Below are positions 1 to 9,848 of a DNA stretch of 64,000 nt, piece after piece. The DNA is from Bacteroidales bacterium (lineage in GTDB: Bacteria > Bacteroidota > Bacteroidia > Bacteroidales > Muribaculaceae): contig JAAVFQ010000015.1 in assembly GCA_014800685.1 (NCBI GenBank), positions 15,767 through 79,766 on the forward strand, in the 5' to 3' direction. The notes beneath the pieces were generated by a model. It had not been told where the DNA came from. It did no database searches and saw only the letters and a list, made by a program, of their open reading frames with translations. Positions within the stretch are counted from its first letter, which is position 1. Every line of letters starts with the position of its first letter. The position numbers were made by a program, and so were the translations under genes.

Positions 1-1799
1 ACATTCTCATCATCTGTTGAGAGCGCATCTTCAAAAGCTCTGACTGCATTCTCCGGCTCTCCGAGTTTTAGATACACATTTCCGATAGCGGTCTTGAGCC
101 ATACTTCCTGCTCATCAAAGAAGGAGGCCCGGAGATAATAATCCAGAGCTTTTCTATATTCTCCCACATTCTGCAACGCATATCCGGCCTTCTGATAAAT
201 CACATATCCGGCGTCAGGGCCGGCTGCAAGCGACTCAAGATAGGGGAGAGCTATGCTATAGTACCCATTCTTAAAGAAGTACTCACATACCATCTCCTTG
301 AATTCAGAATCAAAAAGAGATTCGGAAAGCACAGGCAATCTGTCAGGAAGCACTGGATTTTTAAAGGGATTACTATAATTTTTATGCGCGTGATATAGAG
401 TGAAAAATCTGTATAAATCTTTTACGAAAGCATGAACTTCTGTAGTGAAGAGCGGGCTATGAGAGCGAAGATCATTTTCCTGCTCTTCACGGTTCATTTT
501 CACCATCTCATCTATCTGAGCCCTCATGCTTCCCATCATTCCCGCAGGAATTGATGAGATGGAGAATGCCATGGAATACTTGTCAGAATCACACAAATAT
601 CTGTTGGCATTCGTTTCAAGCATGGAGTTGATAAAAGACACGTCACCCTTAATTTCACTTCTATCTGCCTCAAACGGCAGGAACCAGTGGCTAATATCTC
701 TGAAGAATGCTCCTGTCTTCATCCTGCTAAAAGTGGCATACATAACGTCTCCACCACTCTCAAGCATTTCTGACATCTCCTGCATCTTCTTGTCAAGCCC
801 CGACTCTGCCATAAACTTTTCCCACTTCGGATTATATCCCAATGACTCCATCGACTCCATAATATCGTCGGGTGACAATCCCGCATCAAGATTCATCTCA
901 TCAAGCATACTCTTGATCTGAGGCTGCATTTTTAGCATGTCGGGAATAACGGTTTTGTTGAGTGTTCGCATTATTCTCGGAGTGTCAAAACCACTGATTA
1001 TGGCCATCTCCACCTCTCTCAGCCTACTGTAATTAACTATAGAATCTTGCCATGCCTCCAGCCTTATCCTGACGCCCTTATCAAAAACAGCTAATTCGCC
1101 ATATTCGCTTAGCGTAAGAATGATGGCCGTAAGAGCGCGGGCAGCGATACTTTCTTCTGTGGTACGCTCATAAATGTCAAGCAAGAGTCTGAACTTCGAC
1201 AGATTAAAATTGCGTAGCAGAGAAAGAAGTAAAGCCCCTATTATTTGATACTTCACGCTTACCGACTCCTCAGTGTCGGTGGATATCTCCATCAGCAAGT
1301 CATGTTCATCACCTGTCAGAGTGGCCACTACGAGTATTGATTCAAAGAGCTCGGAGAGAGTCCGTTCACGTTTCTTCACCAGAGCTTCATCTCTCTCTCC
1401 GCTTTCAATCATTATAGAGTATAGTGAAGCAAATTTTCTATATTCATTTAGAAAATCCGTGACCGTTCTACCCGAAAAATTCACTGTACGAACTATGCCC
1501 GAGAATGTATCGGTGGAATTTTCAGCGAGCATCCTCCTATCTATCGCTCCGATAAGGTCTACAGTCTTGACTGCAAGAGTATTATAAGTATCTTCACGCT
1601 GTGGATCACTAAAGCCATTGCGCAGATAGTCAAGCATATATCCGGAAGTGGATGAAATATTCTCAAATATCCCTTTAAACTCCCTGAGACCATGTTTTTC
1701 TATAAATTCACCTATCGAACGCAAAGCTCTTAGCAAGCCTCCTTGCTTCAATTCCTTAAGCCGGGCAGTTGCCCATTTGGATGAGTATTCTGTTTTCAT
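1..1799 (-). CDS. TPR-repeat protein, 3' end truncated by window edge (absent from ORF track)
   Basis: ATG at 1799 (MKTEYSSKWATARLKELKQGG...). The frame is open where I translated it, at the start and at the window edge (...AVRAFEDALSTDDEN). Helical TPR-like pattern; no stop before the edge. Confidence 0.75.
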   Translation of the reverse strand, partial: MKTEYSSKWATARLKELKQGGLLRALRSIGEFIEKHGLREFKGIFENISSTSGYMLDYLRNGFSDPQREDTYNTLAVKTVDLIGAIDRRMLAENSTDTFSGIVRTVNFSGRTVTDFLNEYRKFASLYSIMIESGERDEALVKKRERTLSELFESILVVATLTGDEHDLLMEISTDTEESVSVKYQIIGALLLSLLRNFNLSKFRLLLDIYERTTEESIAARALTAIILTLSEYGELAVFDKGVRIRLEAWQDSIVNYSRLREVEMAIISGFDTPRIMRTLNKTVIPDMLKMQPQIKSMLDEMNLDAGLSPDDIMESMESLGYNPKWEKFMAESGLDKKMQEMSEMLESGGDVMYATFSRMKTGAFFRDISHWFLPFEADRSEIKGDVSFINSMLETNANRYLCDSDKYSMAFSISSIPAGMMGSMRAQIDEMVKMNREEQENDLRSHSPLFTTEVHAFVKDLYRFFTLYHAHKNYSNPFKNPVLPDRLPVLSESLFDSEFKEMVCEYFFKNGYYSIALPYLESLAAGPDAGYVIYQKAGYALQNVGEYRKALDYYLRASFFDEQEVWLKTAIGNVYLKLGEPENAVRAFEDALSTDDEN

Positions 1800-1950
1800 T
1801 AAATATTAATCTCAATATGCAATCTTTCTTTATATACAGGAGAAAAGGAGCCTTGCAGCCTATATCTTATTCTCCTGCCAACATATACATAACAAAAAAC
1901 ATGCCACTTTTCCTTATTTGAAAAATATTGTCCCACTGCGCCTTCTCCAC

Positions 1951-1981
1951 TTGTGAGATTCTTTATATTTTATTAACTTTG
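1951..1981 (+). promoter_or_regulatory. Bacteroidetes sigma-A type promoter for DUF4293-proS
   Basis: TAACTTTG at 1974-1981 (TAnnTTTG); TTG at 1951-1953, 20 nt upstream. Confidence 0.55.
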
Positions 1982-2033
1982 CAGATTGAAATGCAATACA
2001 CTTTATTGAACCTTTAAAGACAATTATAAGATT

Positions 2034-2501
2034 ATGGTAATTCAGAGATGGCAATCCGTGCTTCTGCTGTGTGCTTGTCTGCTCATGGCAGCTTTCAGTT
2101 TTTGCTCGTTAGGTCAGGTGCAGACCCCGGAGTTTACTCTTAATTTCACCGCTTTAGGACTCTCATACGAAGGAGAACCGACGGGCAATGCTCCCTCAGG
2201 ATATTATCTCACCACGTGGTATTTTTTCGCCGTCTCTCTGCTCTCAGCCATTCTTCCTCTTCTCTCCATATTTTGCTTCAAAAATCTCCCTCTTCAGAAG
2301 AAATTATGTCTTGTAGAAGTTCTCCTCATCATAGCCGTCTGCGCTATTGCAGCCTCTTTAGGCTATAATGTGGAGCAGGGGAATATAGGATGGTCAAGTC
2401 TTATTTGCGCTCCCGTGCTTGCCCTTATTGCTAGTATTATGGCTTATCAGCGCATAAATAAAGACCACAAACTCATTCTCTCTGTCGATCGTTTAAGATA
2501 A
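2034..2501 (+). CDS. DUF4293 family membrane protein
   Basis: MVIQRWQSV start, four hydrophobic segments, C-terminal KDHKLILSVDRLR typical of DUF4293. Confidence 0.8.
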   Translation: MVIQRWQSVLLLCACLLMAAFSFCSLGQVQTPEFTLNFTALGLSYEGEPTGNAPSGYYLTTWYFFAVSLLSAILPLLSIFCFKNLPLQKKLCLVEVLLIIAVCAIAASLGYNVEQGNIGWSSLICAPVLALIASIMAYQRINKDHKLILSVDRLR

Positions 2502-2505
2502 CTCC

Positions 2506-2540
2506 TGCACACCCCTTTCTCAGTGAAGAACGGGTGTGCA
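2506..2540 (+). other. Intergenic stem-loop without U-tract
   Basis: TGCACACCC (2506-2514) / GGGTGTGCA (2532-2540) with inner TTCT/AGAA pairing. Confidence 0.55.
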
Positions 2541-2581
2541 CCAACAAGTAAAAATCATCGTTACATCAAAGTGCGTTTACA

Positions 2582-4063
2582 ATGGCAAAAGAACTAAAGA
2601 ATTTTACAAAACGCTCAGATAACTACTCTCAATGGTATAATGAACTCGTCCTCAAAGCTGACCTCGCAGAGCAGTCGGCAGTAAGAGGTTGTATGGTGAT
2701 AAAGCCTTATGGCTATGCCATTTGGGAAAAAATGCAGGCCGAACTTGACAGAATGTTTAAAGAGACAGGCCACCAGAATGCCTATTTCCCTCTCCTCATC
2801 CCCAAATCATTCATGAGCAGGGAGGCTGACCATGTAGAAGGGTTTGCAAAAGAATGTGCCGTAGTCACTCATTACAGACTGAAAAATGACCCCGATGGCA
2901 ATGGAGTCGTCGTTGACCCCGCGGCTCGACTCGAAGAAGAATATATCATCCGCCCCACGTCTGAGACGATAATATGGAATACTTACCGCAACTGGATTAA
3001 CTCATATAGAGACCTTCCCATACTTGTCAATCAGTGGGCCAACGTGTTCCGCTGGGAGATGAGAACGAGAATGTTTCTCCGCACAGCCGAGTTCCTTTGG
3101 CAAGAGGGTCATACGGCTCACGCCACAAAGGAAGAGGCGGAAGAGGAGGCTCACAGAATGCTTGAAGTGTATGCCGACTTTGCTGAAAACTTCATGGCTG
3201 TGCCTGTCGTTAAGGGCGTGAAGTCGCCCAATGAAAGATTTGCAGGCGCTCTTGACACCTTTACGATTGAAGCCATGATGCAAGACGGAAAAGCTCTTCA
3301 GTCGGGCACTTCACATTTCCTCGGTCAGAACTTCGCCAAGGCTTTCGACGTGACGTTCATGAATAAAGACAACAAGCAGGAATATGTATGGGCAACCTCC
3401 TGGGGAGTTTCCACCCGCCTGATGGGTGCCTTGATCATGACCCATAGTGACGACAATGGCCTTGTGCTCCCTCCCCGTCTGGCTCCGATTCAGGTTGTGA
3501 TTGTGCCTATTTTCAAGGATTCGGAGGGTCTTGAGGCTATCAGAAACAGAATGGAGCCCATCATGGCCGAACTTCGTAAACGTGGCATACGCGTGAAATT
3601 TGATGATGCTGACAATAAGCGTCCCGGCTTCAAGTTTGCCGATTATGAAGTGAAGGGAGTGCCCGTCCGTCTCGCCGTAGGCGCAAGAGACCTTGAAAAC
3701 GGCACTATCGAACTCATGCGCCGCGATACTCTTGAGAAGAGAGTCGTGAATCTTGAAGGTATCGAGAATCTCATTTCTGATGAGTTAGAAGACATTCAGA
3801 AGAGTCTCTTCGAGCGTGCCCTTAAATTCCGCGAAGACCACACTATCACGGTGGACAGCTATGATGAATTTAAGGAGAAAATAGAAGAGGGTGGTTTCAT
3901 TCTCGCTCACTGGGACGGAACCCCTGAGACTGAAGAAAAGATTAAAGAGGAAACAAAAGCTACCATACGCTGTATCCCTCTTGAGGGTGATAAGACCCCC
4001 GGAAAATGTATGGTGACCGGCAAGCCTTCAGCTCAGAGAGTGGTCTTTGCGCGTTCCTATTAA
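2582..4063 (+). CDS. proS: Proline--tRNA ligase (eukaryote/archaeal-like type)
   Basis: [31 protein letters not shown] motifs; C-terminal TIRCIP domain. Confidence 0.97.
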   Translation: MAKELKNFTKRSDNYSQWYNELVLKADLAEQSAVRGCMVIKPYGYAIWEKMQAELDRMFKETGHQNAYFPLLIPKSFMSREADHVEGFAKECAVVTHYRLKNDPDGNGVVVDPAARLEEEYIIRPTSETIIWNTYRNWINSYRDLPILVNQWANVFRWEMRTRMFLRTAEFLWQEGHTAHATKEEAEEEAHRMLEVYADFAENFMAVPVVKGVKSPNERFAGALDTFTIEAMMQDGKALQSGTSHFLGQNFAKAFDVTFMNKDNKQEYVWATSWGVSTRLMGALIMTHSDDNGLVLPPRLAPIQVVIVPIFKDSEGLEAIRNRMEPIMAELRKRGIRVKFDDADNKRPGFKFADYEVKGVPVRLAVGARDLENGTIELMRRDTLEKRVVNLEGIENLISDELEDIQKSLFERALKFREDHTITVDSYDEFKEKIEEGGFILAHWDGTPETEEKIKEETKATIRCIPLEGDKTPGKCMVTGKPSAQRVVFARSY

Positions 4064-4074
4064 TTAATGAACAA

Positions 4075-4116
4075 TGGAGGGCGTGTCAAAATGCAAAATT
4101 TTTGACACGCCCTCCA
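4075..4116. repeat. 17-bp perfect inverted repeat (REP-like hairpin) after proS
   Basis: TGGAGGGCGTGTCAAAA (4075-4091) / TTTTGACACGCCCTCCA (4100-4116), 8-nt loop. Confidence 0.9.
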
Positions 4117-4136
4117 AGAGTATATTTTTAAATGAT

Positions 4137-4210
4137 TTCGGCGCGGAGCATAGGAGAATATAAACGTATTCGACAGAGCGACAAGCCGGAAGCGACAAAA
4201 AGAAGCCGAA
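4137..4210 (+). ncRNA. Candidate structured intergenic element, copy A
   Basis: Outer stem TTCGGC/GCCGAA and inner hairpin GAATA/TATTC; core 4152-4184 matches 49188-49220 at 23/33 ungapped positions. Confidence 0.5.
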
Positions 4211-4312
4211 GATAGTATAAAAGATTTCTAAACTCATATTATTGTTTAACTTTGAATACTGACTTAACCTTATAATCAATACTATCTTACACGACGGAAA
4301 AAACTATCTGAC

Positions 4313-6493
4313 ATGAAAAAATACCTAATCGGCTCAGCACTGATGTGCGTTGCACTCGGCAGTGGAGTCGCCAATGGTCAGCTCACCATAAAGGACTATT
4401 GCGACATAAAAACAGCTGCCCCGACAATGATAAAAGAAATGAGACCTCTTGCTGACGGCGTGAGCTATGCATGCATATCAGACGATGGCAAACGGATAGA
4501 AGTCTTCAACTATAAAACAGGGAAAAAGGTATCCACACTTTTTGATGTGGATGCAATTAAAGGAGACGTAAAGATATCTGAATTTGACGGTTATGCACTT
4601 AGCTCCAATGAGAAGAAAATTCTTTTATGGAACGAGAAGCAAAAGATATATCGCTACAGCTACAAAGCTGAATATTATGTCTACGACATAGCCAGAGGCA
4701 GCATGAAGCGAGTATCTGAGAATGGCAAGCAGCAGAGCGCCACTCTGTCTCACGATGGCAGAATGGTGGCATATCAGAGAGATAATAACATCTATATCTC
4801 TAATCTGGACTATGACACAGACAAGCCGATAACCACTGATGGTAAAATCAACGAAATCATCTATGGCACCACAGACTGGGGATATGAGGAGGAGTTCGGA
4901 ATGCTTAACACCATGATGTGGTCAGCTGATGACAATGTGCTCTCCTTTATGCGCTTTGATGAAAGCAAAGTGCCCACTTATAGTTTTGACAATTATTTGA
5001 GCTACTGCGATTCCGAGCCATTGTCAGACCCATATCCCAACACCTTCAGCTATAAATATCCCCTTGCCGGATATAATAATTCCGTCGTCTCTGTGCACTC
5101 TTACGACCTTAACACAAGGGTGACCAAGACTATGGATCTTCCGATTGGAGAAAAGGACTATGTTCCATGTCTCTCCCTTGATGGCAAAGAGCAGAACCTG
5201 ATGGTGATGATAGTAAATCGTGATCAGAATGAACTAAAGCTCTTCAGCGTAAATCCGGGGTCGACAGTTGCACGCCAGATTTATTCGGAAAAAAGTAATG
5301 CATGGCTTTCGCCAACGGCATATCAGATGGTGAAATATTTTGACACTCACTTCGTAATTGCCAGCGATAAATCCGGCTACCGTCATCTCTATAAATATGA
5401 CTATAACGGCAATCTCATAAAGCAGTTGTCATCAGGAGATTTCAATATTACAGCTTATTACGGCACCGACAAGTCCGGCAACTCCTTCGTTCAGACCACA
5501 AGTCTCGGAGCAATCAATAGAAATGTAGCCCGAATCTCCCCCTCAGGTCAGCTTACGCTTCTTCATAATATGGAAGGCACCGAACGAGCATCTTTCTCTC
5601 CGACATTTGACTATTATGTCAGGACGTATAGCTCAGCCAACGTGCCTCCCCAGTTTAGCGTTTGGAGCACAAAAGGCACTAAGATAGCTGACCTCGAAAA
5701 CAATGAAGCTTACGCGGCAAAATATGCCAATGCACCCAAAACGGAATTTCTGAAGGTGAAAAATGCCGTAGGGGAGGAGATGAATGCCTTTATGATCAAA
5801 CCGGCTGACTTCGATGCCTCTAAGAAATATCCTATTCTTATGTATCAGTACAACGGACCGGAATCTCAGCTTGTCACCAACAGCTGGAAAATGGAGGGAG
5901 TCTATTACATTGCCTCGCGTGGCTACATCGTGGCCTGTGTAGATGGCCGTGGCACCGGCAATCGTAGTCGCAGCTGGTCAGACGGAGTCTATAAGCAACT
6001 TGGCAAACTTGAGACTCAAGACCAGATAGCAGGCGCGAAATACTTTGCTACACTTCCTTACATAGACTCATCCCGCATGGCTTGCTTCGGCTGGAGCTAT
6101 GGAGGTTATATGACTCTTATGGAGCTCACTGAGCCGGGGTCTCCTTTCAAAGCAGGCATTTCCATGGCTCCCGTGACAGATTGGAGATGGTATGATTCCA
6201 TCTATACCGAACGCTATATGACCACTCCACAGCAGAATGAGAGTGGATATGACATCTCATCAGCGATGAATCGTACAGAGAATCTTAACGGCCGACTTCT
6301 GATTATGAGTGGAACCAGCGATGACAATGTCCACTATTACAATACTTTGAAATACACGTCAAAAATTGGATCAGAAGGTAAAGTCTTTGATATGATGTCA
6401 TTCACGGGATTTGAACATAGCCTTCCCATGTGTAATGCACGCGAACAGCTTTTCCGTAAAGTAGTAGATTTTCTTGATACTAACATTAAGTAA
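4313..6493 (+). CDS. Dipeptidyl-peptidase IV (S9B), signal peptide
   Basis: DWGYEEE propeller motif, GWSYGG nucleophile, DDNVH, FEH catalytic His. Confidence 0.93.
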   Translation: MKKYLIGSALMCVALGSGVANGQLTIKDYCDIKTAAPTMIKEMRPLADGVSYACISDDGKRIEVFNYKTGKKVSTLFDVDAIKGDVKISEFDGYALSSNEKKILLWNEKQKIYRYSYKAEYYVYDIARGSMKRVSENGKQQSATLSHDGRMVAYQRDNNIYISNLDYDTDKPITTDGKINEIIYGTTDWGYEEEFGMLNTMMWSADDNVLSFMRFDESKVPTYSFDNYLSYCDSEPLSDPYPNTFSYKYPLAGYNNSVVSVHSYDLNTRVTKTMDLPIGEKDYVPCLSLDGKEQNLMVMIVNRDQNELKLFSVNPGSTVARQIYSEKSNAWLSPTAYQMVKYFDTHFVIASDKSGYRHLYKYDYNGNLIKQLSSGDFNITAYYGTDKSGNSFVQTTSLGAINRNVARISPSGQLTLLHNMEGTERASFSPTFDYYVRTYSSANVPPQFSVWSTKGTKIADLENNEAYAAKYANAPKTEFLKVKNAVGEEMNAFMIKPADFDASKKYPILMYQYNGPESQLVTNSWKMEGVYYIASRGYIVACVDGRGTGNRSRSWSDGVYKQLGKLETQDQIAGAKYFATLPYIDSSRMACFGWSYGGYMTLMELTEPGSPFKAGISMAPVTDWRWYDSIYTERYMTTPQQNESGYDISSAMNRTENLNGRLLIMSGTSDDNVHYYNTLKYTSKIGSEGKVFDMMSFTGFEHSLPMCNAREQLFRKVVDFLDTNIK

Positions 6494-6520
6494 GATAGAA
6501 GATTACCAATAAAATACTAT

Positions 6521-6573
6521 TTCCCGTCAGGCGATTCCACAAACAAGAGGATGACCCTGACGGGAATTTTTTT
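6521..6573 (+). terminator. Rho-independent terminator
   Basis: TTCCCGTCAGG / CCTGACGGGAA followed by T7. Confidence 0.8.
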
Positions 6574-6715
6574 ATAATATTTCGTAATTTTTCATATCCG
6601 ATTTTAATTGAGCATTGTTATAAATGTACAGGGATGCGTAAACAACCCAAAGCAGTACCCTTTTTAACCTATCTGATACTACCGGACGGCGTTATAGTCT
6701 TCCGGACTATTCGTT

Positions 6716-8071
6716 ATGGAACAATTAAAGAAAGTTAATAGTTTCCAATTATACCTATTCTGGAAGAATTTCTCTATAGGGATTCTCGTAATGGTAGCAG
6801 TGGTGGTCATCTGCCGCATGCTACCGTACTATCTTGCACCGGTCATCTCTCTTCTTGGCGTAGCATTTTTATACACGATGCTCTTTAACAATAAGTCAAA
6901 CAATGAGTTCTCGTGCATGATAGGCCCATACGCCATTTTTGTTTGTCTGATTACATACAGTTTCGTTTCCATTGTCTTCAATATGCTCTTCGCCTGGAAA
7001 CTAATGAGCATCCCGAAGGAGTTCGTATTCTTCACCGACCCCTATATTCCGGCGCTCTTTATGATTCCGAGCAGCTTTGTGACAATGATATTTGTCTATA
7101 TCTTCAGGAATAATCTTTCGATATGCAAGGAATGTAATCTGAAGTTCGGAGGAATACATGAAAGGGGAAAATTTGGTAGAATCATCAACTATGAGAGCAA
7201 ATTTCAGCTTGCCAATCTGCTGCTTGTCTTCGGAGTGCTTTCAGCCATAATATGGTCATATTATCTGGGGTTCTATAAAAATATTAATCAGAATGCGCGC
7301 GACTGGTATGTCTTCACATGGCTTGTGGTAATCACCCTTGTGCTCGATGAGCTATATTTCGCAATGCGATATTATAATCTTTATCTGGATCTTAAGGAGA
7401 ATGATGAGCTTCTCACTCCTGAAGATCTGATGAACATGACCTCAAAGATTTACCTTCGCTTCTATGTAGTATGCGGCAATAACATCTACATGAATGTTCA
7501 TGAGATAGATCCCAAAACTCACTTGCGTGAAATTATCGACACACCCTTCATGACCAAACGCAGCATTACCGGCATTACGATAGATGAAGTCAAGAATATA
7601 ATAGTCAGAATGACAGGGGTGGATAATGGAGAACTTCGATTCTTCTTCGGACGTAAGGGATCGGCCTCTGAAAAGCAATCTATCCTTCGCTATTTCTATT
7701 TTCTTGACGGAAAGATAGAAGACTATCCTTCACTGAAGACGCCCGGAGAATGGCTTGACTTCAATCAACTCAAAAAGATATATTCCGCAAGCCCCGGATT
7801 GCTTTCAGACATGACAGTAGCAGACACCAATCGCTTGGCAACTATTATCATAACCGAAAAACTCTTCAATGATAAGGGCTTTAGGAAATCAAAAATAAAG
7901 TCATACGTACCCACTTTTTCGCTCGAAGAAGTCAGAGACTCCGTGCTTGACTTTCAAGATGATAAGTGGATAAAAATCTCTTCATTCAATTCAGACAGAC
8001 GCTTTTTCAGGCTTAGAACATGGTGGAGAAAACTTATGAGGGGCTCAAGAAAGAAAGCGACATGGATGTAG
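6716..8071 (+). CDS. Multi-pass membrane protein with soluble C-terminal domain, function unknown
   Basis: About six hydrophobic segments in the first ~220 aa, then a soluble domain; overlaps miaA. Confidence 0.7.
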   Translation: MEQLKKVNSFQLYLFWKNFSIGILVMVAVVVICRMLPYYLAPVISLLGVAFLYTMLFNNKSNNEFSCMIGPYAIFVCLITYSFVSIVFNMLFAWKLMSIPKEFVFFTDPYIPALFMIPSSFVTMIFVYIFRNNLSICKECNLKFGGIHERGKFGRIINYESKFQLANLLLVFGVLSAIIWSYYLGFYKNINQNARDWYVFTWLVVITLVLDELYFAMRYYNLYLDLKENDELLTPEDLMNMTSKIYLRFYVVCGNNIYMNVHEIDPKTHLREIIDTPFMTKRSITGITIDEVKNIIVRMTGVDNGELRFFFGRKGSASEKQSILRYFYFLDGKIEDYPSLKTPGEWLDFNQLKKIYSASPGLLSDMTVADTNRLATIIITEKLFNDKGFRKSKIKSYVPTFSLEEVRDSVLDFQDDKWIKISSFNSDRRFFRLRTWWRKLMRGSRKKATWM

Positions 8072-8976
8072 CAGAAAGCACAAAGCCTCTGATAGCAGTA
8101 GTAGGACCGACTGCCTGTGGCAAGACGCAGCGAGCCGTGGAGATATGCAGACATCTCCATGGCGAAATTTTATCCGGAGATTCGAGACAGATATATCGTG
8201 ATATGTCCATTGGCACGGGAAAGGATTTAGAAGAATATGGCGAAGTGCCTTATCATCTTATAGATATTCGTCCGGCCGGATATCGATATAACCTTCATGA
8301 ATATGTAAGGGATTTTCACAATGCTCTGTCTGATATCAGATCACGAGGATGTCAGCCAGTGCTTTGCGGAGGAACGGGTCTATATGTGGAAACTGTTCTC
8401 TCAGGAGTAAGGCTCCCGGAAGTGCCGGAAAACAGACGCCTGCGCGAAACACTTGAAGGGAAATCTCTTGAAGAGCTTGCCGAAATCCTCCGGAGCATGA
8501 AAAGTCTTCATAACGTCACTGACATAGATACTTCCAAGAGAGCCATCCGGGCTATTGAGATAGCCACCTACTATGCTGAAAATCCGCAGGAAGCAGCAAA
8601 AGCCTCCAGAGACACTGCCCAACCTCTTGATGCCTATATTATAGGGCTTGACATAGCGAGAGAGATGAGAAGAGAAAAGATATCGCAGAGACTGAGAAGT
8701 CGTCTTGAAGAGGGAATGATAGATGAAGTGAAAGGCTTGCTAAACGATGGCATCCCGGCCGAAAATCTAATCTATTACGGCCTTGAATATAAGTTTGTCA
8801 CTGAATACGTCACCGGTCAGCTTTCCTACGAGGATATGTATCGTAGGCTCGAAATCGCCATCCATCAATTTGCAAAGAGGCAGATGACATGGTTCAGAGG
8901 TATGGAAAAGCGAGGTTTTAAGATCAACTGGCACCCCTACGATGCTCCATTGGAAGAATTGCTCTCCGGATTTTAA
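8062..8976 (+). CDS. miaA: tRNA dimethylallyltransferase
   Basis: GPTACGKT, DSRQIY, GGTGLY, AKRQMTWFR; likely start is ATG 8062 rather than 8020. Confidence 0.93.
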   Translation: MDVAESTKPLIAVVGPTACGKTQRAVEICRHLHGEILSGDSRQIYRDMSIGTGKDLEEYGEVPYHLIDIRPAGYRYNLHEYVRDFHNALSDIRSRGCQPVLCGGTGLYVETVLSGVRLPEVPENRRLRETLEGKSLEELAEILRSMKSLHNVTDIDTSKRAIRAIEIATYYAENPQEAAKASRDTAQPLDAYIIGLDIAREMRREKISQRLRSRLEEGMIDEVKGLLNDGIPAENLIYYGLEYKFVTEYVTGQLSYEDMYRRLEIAIHQFAKRQMTWFRGMEKRGFKINWHPYDAPLEELLSGF

Positions 8977-8994
8977 TAAGTCTCCTACTCGTCA

Positions 8995-9048
8995 AAATGA
9001 AGTGAACCCCAGAAGTCCGACACAAAACTTTTGGAGTTCACTTCATTT
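8995..9048. repeat. Long hairpin resembling joined IS3-family terminal repeats
   Basis: AAATGAAGTGAAC / GTTCACTTCATTT (13 bp perfect) plus 8 further pairs; TG...CA core at 8998-9045. Confidence 0.7.
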
Positions 9049-9071
9049 CTTACGGGTTGGAGTCAATATTA

Positions 9072-9103
9072 TTTGTAAGAGTGAAAAAAATCACCTATCT
9101 TTG
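9072..9103 (+). promoter_or_regulatory. Promoter for udk-lptB
   Basis: TTTG (9072-9075) - 20 nt - TATCTTTG (9096-9103). Confidence 0.75.
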
Positions 9104-9180
9104 TATCTGAAAACAGATGAATTGATTTACGGCACTATAGCCCAAAGAAATCAAAAGACAGATACAAAGAAATAGCATCT

Positions 9181-9801
9181 ATGTTGGTAATAGGAATAGC
9201 CGGAGGGACAGGGTCCGGAAAAACTACCGTAGTAAGAGACATCATTGCCTCACTTCCCAAAGATGAAGTGGCAGTAATGCCGCAAGACTGCTACTATAAA
9301 GATAACGCCCATATTCCTCTGGAGGAACGACTGAAAATGAACTATGATGAGCCGGCTTCAATAGAATGGAGTCTTCTCACAAAACAGCTGCAAGAGCTCA
9401 AGGAGGGTAAAAGCATAGAGATGCCCACATACGAATTTATCACCTGTTCCCGCCTGAAAGAGACTATCACCATTCATCCGCGCGAGGTAGTAGTAGTGGA
9501 AGGCATTCTTGTGCTTACTGATAAGACTTTGCGCGAGATGATGGACGTAAGGGTCTTTGTGGATGCTGATGCAGACGAAAGACTTATTCGTGTCATTCAC
9601 AGAGACTGCATAGAGCGCGGACGCACGCCTCAGATGGTAATAGACCGCTATCAGGAAACTCTGAAACCGATGCATGAGCTTTATATAGAACCCTCCAAGA
9701 GATATGCAGACCTCATAGTGCCTCAGGGAGGACACAATAAAGTAGCGGTGAAATTGCTTACGGATTATATCCGCTCACTGCTTCCATCATCTGCAAAATA
9801 A
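9181..9801 (+). CDS. udk: Uridine kinase
   Basis: GIAGGTGSGKTT, NYDEP, VEGILV, YIEPSKRYADLIVP. Confidence 0.95.
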   Translation: MLVIGIAGGTGSGKTTVVRDIIASLPKDEVAVMPQDCYYKDNAHIPLEERLKMNYDEPASIEWSLLTKQLQELKEGKSIEMPTYEFITCSRLKETITIHPREVVVVEGILVLTDKTLREMMDVRVFVDADADERLIRVIHRDCIERGRTPQMVIDRYQETLKPMHELYIEPSKRYADLIVPQGGHNKVAVKLLTDYIRSLLPSSAK

Positions 9802-9848
9802 ATGTCCGGAACCCAATGTTGAGTTTTCCTGCTTAATGCCTACACACA

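Noticed and set aside
526-1587. Plus-strand ORFs 526-921 and 1273-1587
   Set aside because: Antisense shadows of the minus-strand TPR gene, with no recognisable motifs
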